DNA from: Hyalangium minutum
GTDB lineage: Bacteria > Myxococcota > Myxococcia > Myxococcales > Myxococcaceae
DNA: 64,000 nucleotides
NCBI RefSeq assembly: GCF_000737315.1
Contig: NZ_JMCB01000006.1
Location: 434,001 to 498,000 of the forward strand
Direction of reading: 5' to 3'
Below the pieces are notes generated by a model. That model was not told where the DNA came from and ran no database searches. It saw nothing but the letters and a program-made list of their open reading frames with translations. Both the position numbers and the translations under genes were made by a program. Shown here piece by piece: positions 27,209 to 36,786 of the stretch. Positions within the stretch are counted from its first letter, which is position 1. Each line of letters begins with the position of its first letter.

Positions 27209-29302
27209 GTGTCACCCGCGCGATCCGAAAAGCCCGTGCCCTCCTCCTCTTCTGGCGATCCCCTGCTCCACGCGCTTTGGGAACTCCAGGCCGACGTCCT
27301 CCACGGAGGGGCCATCCAGTCCTCGCTCGAGCGATGGCTCACACTGCTGCTGGCGGAGGTGGGCGGTGAGCACGGCGTTCTCGGCGTGGAGCTTCCGGGG
27401 CCCGGTGCAACGAGGCGGCTCCAGCTCGTGGCCTCCACGCCCCCCGACTTGGTGAAAGTCATCTGGGAGGTGGCCTTGCTGCGGCTGGCCGAAGCTCCCG
27501 AGCTCCGGAGCCTCCAGTCCCTGGTGCACCTGGTGCTCTCGACGCGTCAGCCCGTGTCCGCCGAGGGCCCTGGGGAGCCATTGCCGCGCTTCGTTCGGGT
27601 GCTGCCTCTCGAATGCGAGCAGATGAGGGGCTTCGTGGGCTTCAGCCAGAGCCTGGGGGATGTCCCCTCCAAGACTCCGGAGTCCTTCCAATTGCTGCTG
27701 GACGTGGGCACCAGCCTCTTGCACAGCTGGCATGAGGAGCATCCTCCTCTGCCCCTCAACGAGTGGGGAGAGCTGGAGCAACTGCGACAGACGCTGGCGA
27801 GCGTGCAAGAGGAGGTGTGGTCCCTGGACGGCCCCACGGGGACACTGCGGGTGAGCCGCCGCTGGCGGGAGAGCCTCGGGTACACCGAGGACGAGGCGCC
27901 CCGCACCATCCCAGCGTGGCAGGCGCTCTGCCACCCTGAAGACTTGCCTCGCATCGAGCGCAGCTTCCAGGAGCACGCGACGGGCTCCACACCCTATGCC
28001 GAGTTCGAGTACCGCGCGCGAGGCAAGGATGGCGAGTGGGGCTGGCTGCGCAGCCGGGCGCGGGTGGCGGCGAGGGACGCGCAGGGGCAGCCGATCCGCC
28101 TGGTGGGCACCGACACGGACCTCACGGCCCTGAAGCGGAGCGAGGAGCGCTTGAGCGCCCTGCTCCAGGCGGTCCCGGACCTCATCTTCCGGCAGCACGT
28201 GGACGGCACGTTCCTGGACTTCAGCTGCAGCACCACCGAGGAGACCTTTCTGCGGCCCGAGGACTTCGTGGGCCGGAACATCCGGGACCTGGCGATGCCT
28301 CAGCACCTGATCGACACGACGTTCACGAACATCGAGAAGGTGCTCCGGGAGGGCCTGTTGGCCGTCTACGACTATGAGATGGACCTGCCGCACGGGCGCC
28401 AGAGCTACGAGGCGCGCATGGTCCGCAGCGGCCCGGACGAGGTGGTGAGCATCATCCGCAACGTGACCGAGCGGCGGCTGGTGGAGCAGCGGCAGGCCCA
28501 GCTCATCCAGGCCGAGAAGCTGGCCTCGCTGGGGCAGATGGCAGCGGGGCTCGCGCACGAGATCAACAACCCGGTGAGCTATGTGACGAGCACCCTGCGG
28601 GCGCTCGATGAATACGTGGTGGCCGTGGGCCCGCTGCTGCGGATGTTGAGCGAGTGGCTGGCGGTGCCGGGGACTGCGCCGCGCACGGTGACGGGGGAGC
28701 AGCTCGCGCGCATGCGCCAACTGTGGGAGCAGGGGGACGTGGACGAGCTGATCGCGGCCATGCCGGAGTTGCTGCAGGAGTCGCTGACGGGCACCCAGCG
28801 CATCAAGGAGATTGCCCAGAGCCTGCGGGTGTTCGCCCGCGAGGACGATGGCCAGGTCCAGACGGTGGATCTGAACGAGGAGCTGGAGTCCACGCTGCGG
28901 ATGGTGGGCAACGAGCTCAAGTACAAGTGCGAGGTGAAGCGGGACTTCGAGGCGTTGCCCCTCATCACGTGTTCGCCCACGCAGATCGTCCAGGTGTTCA
29001 CCAACCTGCTCCTGAACGCGGCTCAGGCCATCGAGACGCGGGGGGAAATTCGCATCCGCACGCGGCAGAAGGACCAGGAGGTGGTGGTGGAGGTCTCCGA
29101 CACGGGCAAGGGGATGACGGCGGAGACGCTCTCCAAGCTGTTCACACCGTTCTTCACCACCAAGCCGCGGGGACAGGGAACGGGGCTGGGGCTGTCCATC
29201 AGCCGTGACATCGTCACGCGGCAGGGAGGCCGCATCGAGGTGCGGAGCGAGCCTGGCAAGGGCAGCACCTTCACGGTGTATCTGCCCATCACGCCGCTGT
29301 GA
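27209..29302 (+). CDS. PAS-domain sensor histidine kinase (NtrB-like)
   Basis: Two PAS/PAC domains, LAHEINNP (H box), QVFTNLLLNA, DTGKG, FFTTKPRGQGTGLGL. Confidence 0.92.
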   Translation: MSPARSEKPVPSSSSGDPLLHALWELQADVLHGGAIQSSLERWLTLLLAEVGGEHGVLGVELPGPGATRRLQLVASTPPDLVKVIWEVALLRLAEAPELRSLQSLVHLVLSTRQPVSAEGPGEPLPRFVRVLPLECEQMRGFVGFSQSLGDVPSKTPESFQLLLDVGTSLLHSWHEEHPPLPLNEWGELEQLRQTLASVQEEVWSLDGPTGTLRVSRRWRESLGYTEDEAPRTIPAWQALCHPEDLPRIERSFQEHATGSTPYAEFEYRARGKDGEWGWLRSRARVAARDAQGQPIRLVGTDTDLTALKRSEERLSALLQAVPDLIFRQHVDGTFLDFSCSTTEETFLRPEDFVGRNIRDLAMPQHLIDTTFTNIEKVLREGLLAVYDYEMDLPHGRQSYEARMVRSGPDEVVSIIRNVTERRLVEQRQAQLIQAEKLASLGQMAAGLAHEINNPVSYVTSTLRALDEYVVAVGPLLRMLSEWLAVPGTAPRTVTGEQLARMRQLWEQGDVDELIAAMPELLQESLTGTQRIKEIAQSLRVFAREDDGQVQTVDLNEELESTLRMVGNELKYKCEVKRDFEALPLITCSPTQIVQVFTNLLLNAAQAIETRGEIRIRTRQKDQEVVVEVSDTGKGMTAETLSKLFTPFFTTKPRGQGTGLGLSISRDIVTRQGGRIEVRSEPGKGSTFTVYLPITPL

Positions 29303-29763
29303 TTCGGATCATCCCAGCCACACAGCCTTCCGAGGTGGCGCAGGTGAAGGCACTGGTTCTCGAGTACGTGGAGGGGCTCGGGCTAGACCTGAGCTTCCAG
29401 GACATCGAGGCGGAGCTGCACGAGTTCCCAGGCGAGTACGCACCGCCGGAGGGCCGTCTGCTGCTGGCCATGAGCGGGGAAGAGGCTGCGGGGTGTGTCG
29501 GCCTGCGCCCGCTGGAGCCGGACGTCTGTGAGATGAAGCGGCTGTACGTGCAGCCTCGCTACCGGGGGCACGGGTTGGGGGCACAGCTCGCGCGGGCGGT
29601 GATCACCGAGGCCCGTGCGATGGGTTATGCGGCAATGCGGCTAGACACGCTCCCGTCGATGACGTCGGCCATCGGCATGTACCGGGAGCTGGGCTTCCAG
29701 CTCATCGTCCCGTACTACCGGAACCCCATCGAGGGTGCGCTGTTCTTCGAGCTGAAGTTGTAG
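29299..29763 (+). CDS. GNAT N-acetyltransferase
   Basis: CEMKRLYV, RGHGLG, MRLDTL, YRELGF; GTGA-coupled to the kinase. Confidence 0.9.
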   Translation: MIRIIPATQPSEVAQVKALVLEYVEGLGLDLSFQDIEAELHEFPGEYAPPEGRLLLAMSGEEAAGCVGLRPLEPDVCEMKRLYVQPRYRGHGLGAQLARAVITEARAMGYAAMRLDTLPSMTSAIGMYRELGFQLIVPYYRNPIEGALFFELKL

Positions 29764-29949
29764 CCCGGAATAGGCAGATTCCCGACTCCCCGAAAGCATG
29801 AATCCCCTCCCCGCTGGGAGAGGAATTCCGGGCGCGGACTGCCTGGATGGGGAGGCCTCCTGCCTGAATGGGTAGGTGCCCAGCCTGACCGTCTCGCCGA
29901 TGTGGCGCGCTCCCGGGGCCTTTACCTTCTGGCCCAGAAAGGAAACGCC

Positions 29950-30843
29950 ATGTCCGACCTGCTCTCCCTCTCCCAGTCCATCGCCTCCCTTGTCGAGCGC
30001 GTTGCTCCCTCCATCGTTCGTGTCGAGGCCCGCCGCCGCCATGGCGCCACCGGCATCATCTGGAGCGCGGAAGGCCACATCCTCACCACCAGCCACGCCG
30101 TCGAGCGCGAGGAGCAAATTCAGCTCACCCTCCCCGATGGCCGCACCACTCCTGCCGAGATCGTCGGCCGCGACCCGAGCACCGATCTCGCCCTCCTCAA
30201 GACCGAAACCTCGGGCCTCACTCCGCTCACCCCTGCTCCGCTGGACGGCGTGAAGGTGGGTCACCTCGTGCTCGCCGTGGGCCACCCCGGCCGCACCACC
30301 CGTGCCACCCTGGGAATTGTCAGCGCTCTCGGCGATGAGTGGCGCACCCACGCCGGTGGCCGCGTCGACCGCTACCTGGAGACTGACGCGGACCTGCCCC
30401 CTGGCTTCTCCGGTGGCCCGTTGCTCGATGCCCAGGGCCGCTTCCTCGGCCTGCTCACCGCCGCGTTCTCCCGCACCGCCGCCGTCGTCATCCCCGGCGC
30501 CACCCTCACCCGCGTGGTGAACACCCTCAAGGAGCACGGCGGTGTCCGCCGGGGCTACCTCGGCGTGGGCGCCTACCCCGTACGCCTCCCCCAGCACCTC
30601 TGGGCCAAGGCGGGTGCGGAAACAGGCCTCATCTTCCTCTCCGTGGACCCCGACGGCCCCGCCTACCGCGCCGGCTTGCTGATGGGTGACGTGCTGGTGA
30701 ACCTCGGCGGCCGCACCCTGGAGGGCGTGGAGGATCTGCTCGGCTACCTCGCCGAAGAGAAGGTGGGCACCGCCGTCCAGGCCAAAGTGCTGCGGGCCGG
30801 CGAGGTGCGTGAAGTGTCTCTCACCGTCGGGAAGCGCTCGTGA
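29950..30843 (+). CDS. S1C (HtrA-like) serine protease with PDZ
   Basis: TSHAV (His), STDLAL (Asp), GFSGGPL (Ser), RRGYLGV PDZ. Confidence 0.9.
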   Translation: MSDLLSLSQSIASLVERVAPSIVRVEARRRHGATGIIWSAEGHILTTSHAVEREEQIQLTLPDGRTTPAEIVGRDPSTDLALLKTETSGLTPLTPAPLDGVKVGHLVLAVGHPGRTTRATLGIVSALGDEWRTHAGGRVDRYLETDADLPPGFSGGPLLDAQGRFLGLLTAAFSRTAAVVIPGATLTRVVNTLKEHGGVRRGYLGVGAYPVRLPQHLWAKAGAETGLIFLSVDPDGPAYRAGLLMGDVLVNLGGRTLEGVEDLLGYLAEEKVGTAVQAKVLRAGEVREVSLTVGKRS

Positions 30844-30872
30844 CAGCGCGCAGCACTCGGAAAGGACAGCCC

Positions 30873-31784
30873 ATGAACCTGCTGCAGCAATTCTCGGATG
30901 ATCTCGAAGGGCTCGTCGCCCGCGCCTCCCCCGCCGTCGTGGGTGTGGAGCACGGTCGTGGCCACGGCACCGGTCTCTTCCTCACCCCCGATGGCTACGT
31001 GCTCACCAACCGCCACGTCGTGCGCAACTCGCGCAAACAGACCATCACCCTCTCCACGGGCGAGGAGCGCAAGGCCACCTTCGTCGGCGGAGACGCCCCC
31101 ACGGACCTCGCCGTGCTGCGCGCCGAGGGCTCTGACTTCCCCACCCTCCCCCTGGCCGATCCCAAGGACGTGCGCATGGGGCAGCTCGTGGTGGCCATCG
31201 GCAACCCGTTCCGTCTGGAGCAGTCCGTGTCCCTCGGCGTGGTGAGCGCCATCAACCGCAGCATCACGCTGCCCGACGGCACAGTGCTGGAGGGCATGCT
31301 CCAGACGGATGCCGCCATCAACCCCGGCAACTCGGGCGGGCCGCTGCTCAACACCCGAGGCCAGGTGGTGGGGCTCAACACGCTCGTGTTGCCGTACGCG
31401 CAGGGCATCGGGTTCGCCGTCAGCGCCACCACGGCGGCCTGGGTCGCCAGCCTCCTCATCCAGCGCGGCAAGGTGGAGCGCCGCTACCTCGGCGTGGCCG
31501 CCCGCGCGGTGCTCCTCGAGCCCCGAGAGGCCAAGGACGCGGGCCAGCCTCGCGGCGTGCTCGTCCTCAAGGTGCAGGAGGGCACTCCCGCTGAAGAGGC
31601 CGGCCTCCAGCCGGAGGATCTGCTGCTGGGCATCAACGAGCACCCCGTGGGCAGCGTGGACGACGTGCAGCGCCTGATGGCCCTGTCCGTGGATCCGCAC
31701 GTGAAGATGGACGTGCTGCGCAAGGGCCGCCGCCGCGAGCTCTCCGCCTACATCTTCTGGCGCAAGGAGCACGCGGCCGCGTAG
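30873..31784 (+). CDS. S1C (HtrA-like) serine protease with PDZ
   Basis: LTNRHVV, TDLAVL, TDAAINPGNSGGPL, RRYLGV. Confidence 0.92.
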   Translation: MNLLQQFSDDLEGLVARASPAVVGVEHGRGHGTGLFLTPDGYVLTNRHVVRNSRKQTITLSTGEERKATFVGGDAPTDLAVLRAEGSDFPTLPLADPKDVRMGQLVVAIGNPFRLEQSVSLGVVSAINRSITLPDGTVLEGMLQTDAAINPGNSGGPLLNTRGQVVGLNTLVLPYAQGIGFAVSATTAAWVASLLIQRGKVERRYLGVAARAVLLEPREAKDAGQPRGVLVLKVQEGTPAEEAGLQPEDLLLGINEHPVGSVDDVQRLMALSVDPHVKMDVLRKGRRRELSAYIFWRKEHAAA

Positions 31785-31888
31785 TCCTCCCAAGAGGAGG
31801 CCCATGCTCACCTGTTCGGAAATGTCGGGACTTTGGGAGGGAGAGGCTCCGCACTAGAAAGAGGCCCCCTCTTCCTGGAGCCTCACCC

Positions 31889-32365
31889 GTGATGAAGCCT
31901 GCCTTCGCCGTTCGTCTGTGCGCCGTCCTCTCCCTGTCGCTCGCCGCAGGGTGCCTATACGAGCAGCGCCCCTACAACTTCACCGCGCCTCAAGGGCCTG
32001 AGGCTCCCATCGACACGCTCGTCCGGGCCCTGGCCACCGAGGGCGTCCAGCCCGCCATCGTCTCCCCCGAGCTGGGCATCGTCCACACGCGCTGGGACAA
32101 CCAGGGCATCTGCTACATGCCCGATGGCGCCGAGGGCTCGCTGCTGCGCCGCTTCACCAGCGCCGTGGCTCCCTCCGCATCCTCGGGCAACACCGTCACG
32201 GTGCGCGCGGACGTGCAGTGCTGCCGCCACGCCATGGTCAGCCCCGATGGAGCCAGTGTGATGGGCACCTGCGCCACCCTGCCCGCCATCTACGAGTCGC
32301 ACCAGCGTGAGGTGGATCAGCTCGGCTCCGCGCTCCAGAACGCCATGGCGCGCTCGGCCCGCTAG
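31889..32365 (+). CDS. Hypothetical lipoprotein
   Basis: Lipobox LAAGC; GC3-rich codon usage. Confidence 0.65.
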   Translation: MMKPAFAVRLCAVLSLSLAAGCLYEQRPYNFTAPQGPEAPIDTLVRALATEGVQPAIVSPELGIVHTRWDNQGICYMPDGAEGSLLRRFTSAVAPSASSGNTVTVRADVQCCRHAMVSPDGASVMGTCATLPAIYESHQREVDQLGSALQNAMARSAR

Positions 32366-32847
32366 TCCCCGCCGGGCTGCTCCCATTCCAGGGTGCTCGG
32401 GTTGGGAGCAAAGCCCACGGACTCGTAGAGCGGGCGGCCGTCCTCCGACGCGTGCATCCACAGCCGGCCGGCGCCGAGCCCCCGAGCGAACTCCATCAAC
32501 TCCGAGAGCAGCCTCCGGGAGATGCCCCGCCGCCGCCACTCGGGCTCTGTGTAGATGTTGAGGATGTAGGCCTCCAGGCCCGTCAGGTTCGTGGGCGCGG
32601 GCGGCCGCTCGAACAGGGTGAGCCCGGCACACGCCACCGCCCCATCCCCCACGTACGCGAGCCACACGTGGAACCGTCCCTCGGGCAGCGCGTCCTCGAG
32701 GTACCGCCGCGTCACGTTGACCCACGCCGCCTGCTCGCTGTCGGTCTCGAACTCGCTCAGCTCCAGCATCAGCGCCAGTCTCAGGCGCAGCACCTCTTCG
32801 AGTTCTCCGAGCCCCGCCTTGCGGAGAATCCACTCTCCCTGGGACAT
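32362..32847 (-). CDS. GNAT N-acetyltransferase
   Basis: ILNIYTEPEWRRRGIS, LHASEDGRPLYESVGF; start at ATG 32847 after GGAGG. Confidence 0.88.
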   Translation of the reverse strand: MSQGEWILRKAGLGELEEVLRLRLALMLELSEFETDSEQAAWVNVTRRYLEDALPEGRFHVWLAYVGDGAVACAGLTLFERPPAPTNLTGLEAYILNIYTEPEWRRRGISRRLLSELMEFARGLGAGRLWMHASEDGRPLYESVGFAPNPSTLEWEQPGGD

Positions 32848-32925
32848 ACGCGCCTCCTCCCCCAGCTGCAAAGAGGGCCCCCGTGACAAACGGAGGCCCT
32901 CGGACACCTCGCGGTGCGAACCTGT

Positions 32926-33516
32926 TCAGCTCTTGTACTTCACGCTGCAGCCATACGGCTCGGTGGTGGCGGCCGGCACCGGCTTGCCGTTGATCAGCGC
33001 GTCCACGGCGGTCTTCACGTGGTTGACGGGGGTGACGTTCTTGCCGCGCGGATCATCGTCAATCGCCCCGGCGTACTGGAGCACGCCCTTCTCGTCGATG
33101 ACGTACATGTGCGGCGTCGTCTTCGCGCCGTAGGCATGGCCCACCTTGCCGTCCGCGTCCTGCAGCACGGGATAGGTGAAGGCCTCCTCCTTCTTGAACG
33201 CCGCGGACTTGTCCGGCGTGTTGTGCGCGGTGGAGTTCACGGCCAGCCACACCACCTTCTTGGCATCGAAGCCCTTCAGGGTGTTCTGCATGGTGTCGAC
33301 CTTGTAGTGACGCTGGACGAAGGGGCACTCGGGGTTGGTCCACTCGAGCACCACAATCTTCCCCTGGTACTGCGCCAACGAGTGCTCCTTGCCCGTCTCG
33401 TCCTTCAGGGTGAAGGCGGGGGCGGGCTTGCCTACCTCGGCGCCGTCCGCGGCAAAGGCGGGAACAGCCACGCCCAGCGTGGCGGTGAGTGCAAGGGCAG
33501 TGAGAACACGCTTCAT
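32926..33516 (-). CDS. Secreted thioredoxin/peroxiredoxin-like (AhpC/TSA redoxin) protein
   Basis: Signal peptide, APAFTL, VVLEWTNPECPFV, AKTTPHMYVID, Y.GAIDD, YGCSVKY. Confidence 0.9.
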   Translation of the reverse strand: MKRVLTALALTATLGVAVPAFAADGAEVGKPAPAFTLKDETGKEHSLAQYQGKIVVLEWTNPECPFVQRHYKVDTMQNTLKGFDAKKVVWLAVNSTAHNTPDKSAAFKKEEAFTYPVLQDADGKVGHAYGAKTTPHMYVIDEKGVLQYAGAIDDDPRGKNVTPVNHVKTAVDALINGKPVPAATTEPYGCSVKYKS

Positions 33517-33603
33517 GACGTCATCTCCTGGTCTGCGGTGTAGAGGCGAGAGCAGTGCCCTCGCCCAAGGGAAATTGCTGCCGCTCGGATGCGCGAGCCG
33601 CGC

Positions 33604-35847
33604 TCACGTCGCATCCGCCACGGGCCCGGCCGCCCGCTGCACGGCCTGGATGACGAGGTCCGAGGTGAGCAGCTCGGGAAGCACCTCGGGCTTGTCGGGC
33701 GTCGAGGGGCTGATGACGAGGTACATGGGCACCCCAGCGCGGCCATGCTCGCCCAGCTTGGCGGAGATGCGCGCATCCCGGCGGGTCCAATCCGCCACGA
33801 AGAACGCCACCTGGTGCTGAGTGAAGGCCGCGCGCACATCCTCGCGCGTCAGCACGGTGCGCTCGTTGAACTTGCAGGTGAGGCACCAGTCCGCGGTGAA
33901 GTCGATGAACACCGGCTGACCGGCCTTGAGCGCGGCAGCCACCGCGGCCTCATCCCACGGCTGAGCCTCCGACACGGTGGAGGCGCGCGCGGCGGGAGCC
34001 GTCCCATCGAAGCGCAGGGTGAACCCTCCCGTGGCCACCAGCACGAGCACCGCGGCGGCAACGCGAACGACCTTCCGTGTCCCCTCGGCGGCCTGCGCCA
34101 GCCCGTACAGCCACGCGCCCAGGCCCACGGCGACGAGGAACGCGAGCAGCCGCGCCATGCCGTCCACTCCGGCCAGCCCGCCCACCACCCACACGAGCCA
34201 CACGGCGGTGCCCAGCAGCGCGAAGCCCAGCAGTTGCTTGGCGCGCTCCATCCACACGCCCGGCTTCGGCAGCCGCTTCGACAGACCCGGCACCATGACG
34301 AGCGCGCAGAACGGCAGCGCCAGCCCCAAGCCGAGCGCGGTGAAGATGGCCAGCACCGTGAAGGGGCCCGCCGCGAAGGCGAAGCCCACCGCCGTGCCCA
34401 TCATCGGCGCCGAGCATGGCGTCGCGAGCACCACCGCCAGCACGCCCTCGCCCACGCTGCGAGCCACGCCGCTCGACGCATCCACCTTGCTGGACAGCGC
34501 CGTGCCGTCCGTGCCCACGCTGAACACGCCGAACAGGTTGAGCGCGAACGCCACGAGCACCGCGCACACGGCGGCAACGAAGAGCGGCTCCTGGAACTGG
34601 AAGCCCCAGCCCACGCTGTGCCCACCCGCGCGCACCGCGAGCACCACGCCGGCCAGCAGCAGCATCGTCCCGATGATGCCGCCCGTGTAGCCGAGTGCGT
34701 GCACGCCCACGTGCTTCCGGTCCTCCTGCGCCATGCGTGTGAAGCCATAGGCCTTGAGCGCCAGCACAGGGAACACGCAGGGCATGAGGTTGAGGATGGC
34801 GCCTCCGAGGAACGCGAACACCAGCGCCAGGCCCAGGGACACGCCGCCCTCGCCCGCGGGCATCACCGTCTGAATCTGCGCGGCCGCGGCGGACGGATTG
34901 AAAGGGGCGACCTTGGCCACCGGCTTCGGAGCCACCGCCACGGCCTCCACGGACGCGAGCGGCAGATCCACTTCCAGCGCCTGATAGCCCGTCTGCGCCG
35001 TTCCGAGCCGCAGCACGCCCTTGAAGCGCGGCTCCTCCTTGGGCGCGTTGGGCGCGGCATCTCCCTTCAACTGGAAGCGGCCCGGAGACTCCAGCGTCAG
35101 GCCCATGCGGGTGATGCCCTTGATGCGCTCGGGGATGAAGAAGTCCGGCTCCACGGCGGAGAGGACCTTCCCATCACTCGCCGAGACCGTGACGGTGCCC
35201 GTGAACGGCTGCCCGGTCTTCAGCGTCTGCGCATCGAGCTTGAGCGCCACCGTGTGCCCCGTGGCCTCGGGAGCGCGCGGCACCTGGGCCTGGGCTGCAT
35301 CGAACAGAGCCGTGGACTCCGCATCTCGCACCGTCTCCGCGCCCACCGGCAGCGTGCGCGAGAGGAGGATCTCCGCCGGGACGCAGCGGTGCTCGCACAC
35401 CAGCGCGTCCACCGCGGCCGACAGCGTCAAGTTCCCCGAGGCCTGCTCTGAGGCGCGGGCCTCGGCGAAGAGGAGCACCTCGCCCTTGTAGCCATGGCTG
35501 ACGATGAAGCCGTCCGGGGAGCGGAACGTCGACGGGAAGGGCCAGCGCAGCTCGCCCACGGTGACGCCGGGCGCATCCCACGACACGTCCGTGGACAGGC
35601 CCGCGTCCCCCGGGTTCTTCCAATAGGTGTACCAGCCCGGATCCATCTGGAAGCGCACGCCCACGCGGAACGTGTCGCCCGGCTTCACCTGGGAGGCATC
35701 CACCAGCAGCGTCGCTTCCAGGCGCGGGTTGCCCTCGTCGTTCGCACCGGTGCCCTTGGCGGCCGCCTGCGGCTCCGCCCACGCCACGGCGGATGCCACC
35801 AGCACACACACCAGCACTGCCCACCTGGATGACCGCATACCCGTCAT
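33604..35847 (-). CDS. dsbD: Thiol-disulfide interchange protein DsbD-like
   Basis: GWYTYWKNPGDAG, CEHRC, LNLMPCVFPV, ATPCSAP, FTADWCLTC; start 35847 after GGGAGG. Confidence 0.9.
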   Translation of the reverse strand: MTGMRSSRWAVLVCVLVASAVAWAEPQAAAKGTGANDEGNPRLEATLLVDASQVKPGDTFRVGVRFQMDPGWYTYWKNPGDAGLSTDVSWDAPGVTVGELRWPFPSTFRSPDGFIVSHGYKGEVLLFAEARASEQASGNLTLSAAVDALVCEHRCVPAEILLSRTLPVGAETVRDAESTALFDAAQAQVPRAPEATGHTVALKLDAQTLKTGQPFTGTVTVSASDGKVLSAVEPDFFIPERIKGITRMGLTLESPGRFQLKGDAAPNAPKEEPRFKGVLRLGTAQTGYQALEVDLPLASVEAVAVAPKPVAKVAPFNPSAAAAQIQTVMPAGEGGVSLGLALVFAFLGGAILNLMPCVFPVLALKAYGFTRMAQEDRKHVGVHALGYTGGIIGTMLLLAGVVLAVRAGGHSVGWGFQFQEPLFVAAVCAVLVAFALNLFGVFSVGTDGTALSSKVDASSGVARSVGEGVLAVVLATPCSAPMMGTAVGFAFAAGPFTVLAIFTALGLGLALPFCALVMVPGLSKRLPKPGVWMERAKQLLGFALLGTAVWLVWVVGGLAGVDGMARLLAFLVAVGLGAWLYGLAQAAEGTRKVVRVAAAVLVLVATGGFTLRFDGTAPAARASTVSEAQPWDEAAVAAALKAGQPVFIDFTADWCLTCKFNERTVLTREDVRAAFTQHQVAFFVADWTRRDARISAKLGEHGRAGVPMYLVISPSTPDKPEVLPELLTSDLVIQAVQRAAGPVADAT

Positions 35848-35982
35848 GCGCCTCCCGTTAACCCGCCTGACCGAGGACCGCCACTCCCAATGTCCGGCTC
35901 CTCTCAACCTGCCGGGCGGGCAGGCATTCCCTGTCATGGCAGGTGACACGACGCGGCGAAAAGTTTCAGCCCTGCCGGGGGA

Positions 35983-36783
35983 TCAACGCCCGCGGCTGCT
36001 GAAAAGCTCCTCGAGCGCCTTGAGCTGGGTACTGTTCGAGCGCCCCTGGAGTGCCGAGGCGCACACGGTCTTCAGCCGGGCGAGCACGCGGTAGGCCGTG
36101 GCGCGGGCCATGCCCTGCTCCCTCGCCCAATCCTCGACAGTGCCCTCGTCCAGCAAGAGGTGGCGCAGCAGCTCACGCTCCTGGGGCTTGAGCACCTCCA
36201 GGAGCTTGCGGGCCAGGCGCTGCGCATCCATGCGGCGGCGGAGCGCCTCGGGCGGATCATGCAGCCCGCTGTCCTCGCTTCGAAGCTCGGGAACCTCCGG
36301 GGAGTAGCGGCGCAGCAGCTCGCGCACGGCCTCGGCGGGGGTGGGCCACCGGAGCAGCTCGGCCGCGTAGGCGCGGAGGGCCTCCTCGACGAGCGCCCGG
36401 CTGAAGCGCTCGCCGTGCGTGAGCAGCGAGGGCCAGGGCGCGGACTTGGGCACCTCTCCCGAGCCCCGGGCGAGCACGTCACGCACGTGGGCCCCCAGCG
36501 CATGCGCCACCTCGTGGCCATCGCGCCCATCCGCCACCACCTGACGGAAGCGGTGGCGCAGGGCCCGTCCGAGCGCCTCGTCATCCATCGCGAGCAGCTC
36601 ACGCCGGCGGGTGGCCTGGAGGATGTGGCGCTCGAAGAAGAGCCCGAGCAGACCGTCAACCAGCTCTCCGGGGACGGCGCCGGCCAGCAGCGTGCGCAGG
36701 GCGGCGAAGGCCGGCTCGGAGAAGACGCCGCTGGCCTCGAACTCGCGCAGCGCCTCGCGCACGGTGGCCAGCGACGAGGCCAT
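35983..36783 (-). CDS. Sigma-70 region 4-like HTH protein (divergent ECF-like)
   Basis: C-terminal LKPQERELLRHLLLDEGTVEDWAREQGMARATAYRVLARL resembles a region 4 HTH; region 2 poorly recognisable; 3 bp after the VWA stop. Confidence 0.55.
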   Translation of the reverse strand: MASSLATVREALREFEASGVFSEPAFAALRTLLAGAVPGELVDGLLGLFFERHILQATRRRELLAMDDEALGRALRHRFRQVVADGRDGHEVAHALGAHVRDVLARGSGEVPKSAPWPSLLTHGERFSRALVEEALRAYAAELLRWPTPAEAVRELLRRYSPEVPELRSEDSGLHDPPEALRRRMDAQRLARKLLEVLKPQERELLRHLLLDEGTVEDWAREQGMARATAYRVLARLKTVCASALQGRSNSTQLKALEELFSSRGR

Positions 36784-36786
36784 GCT

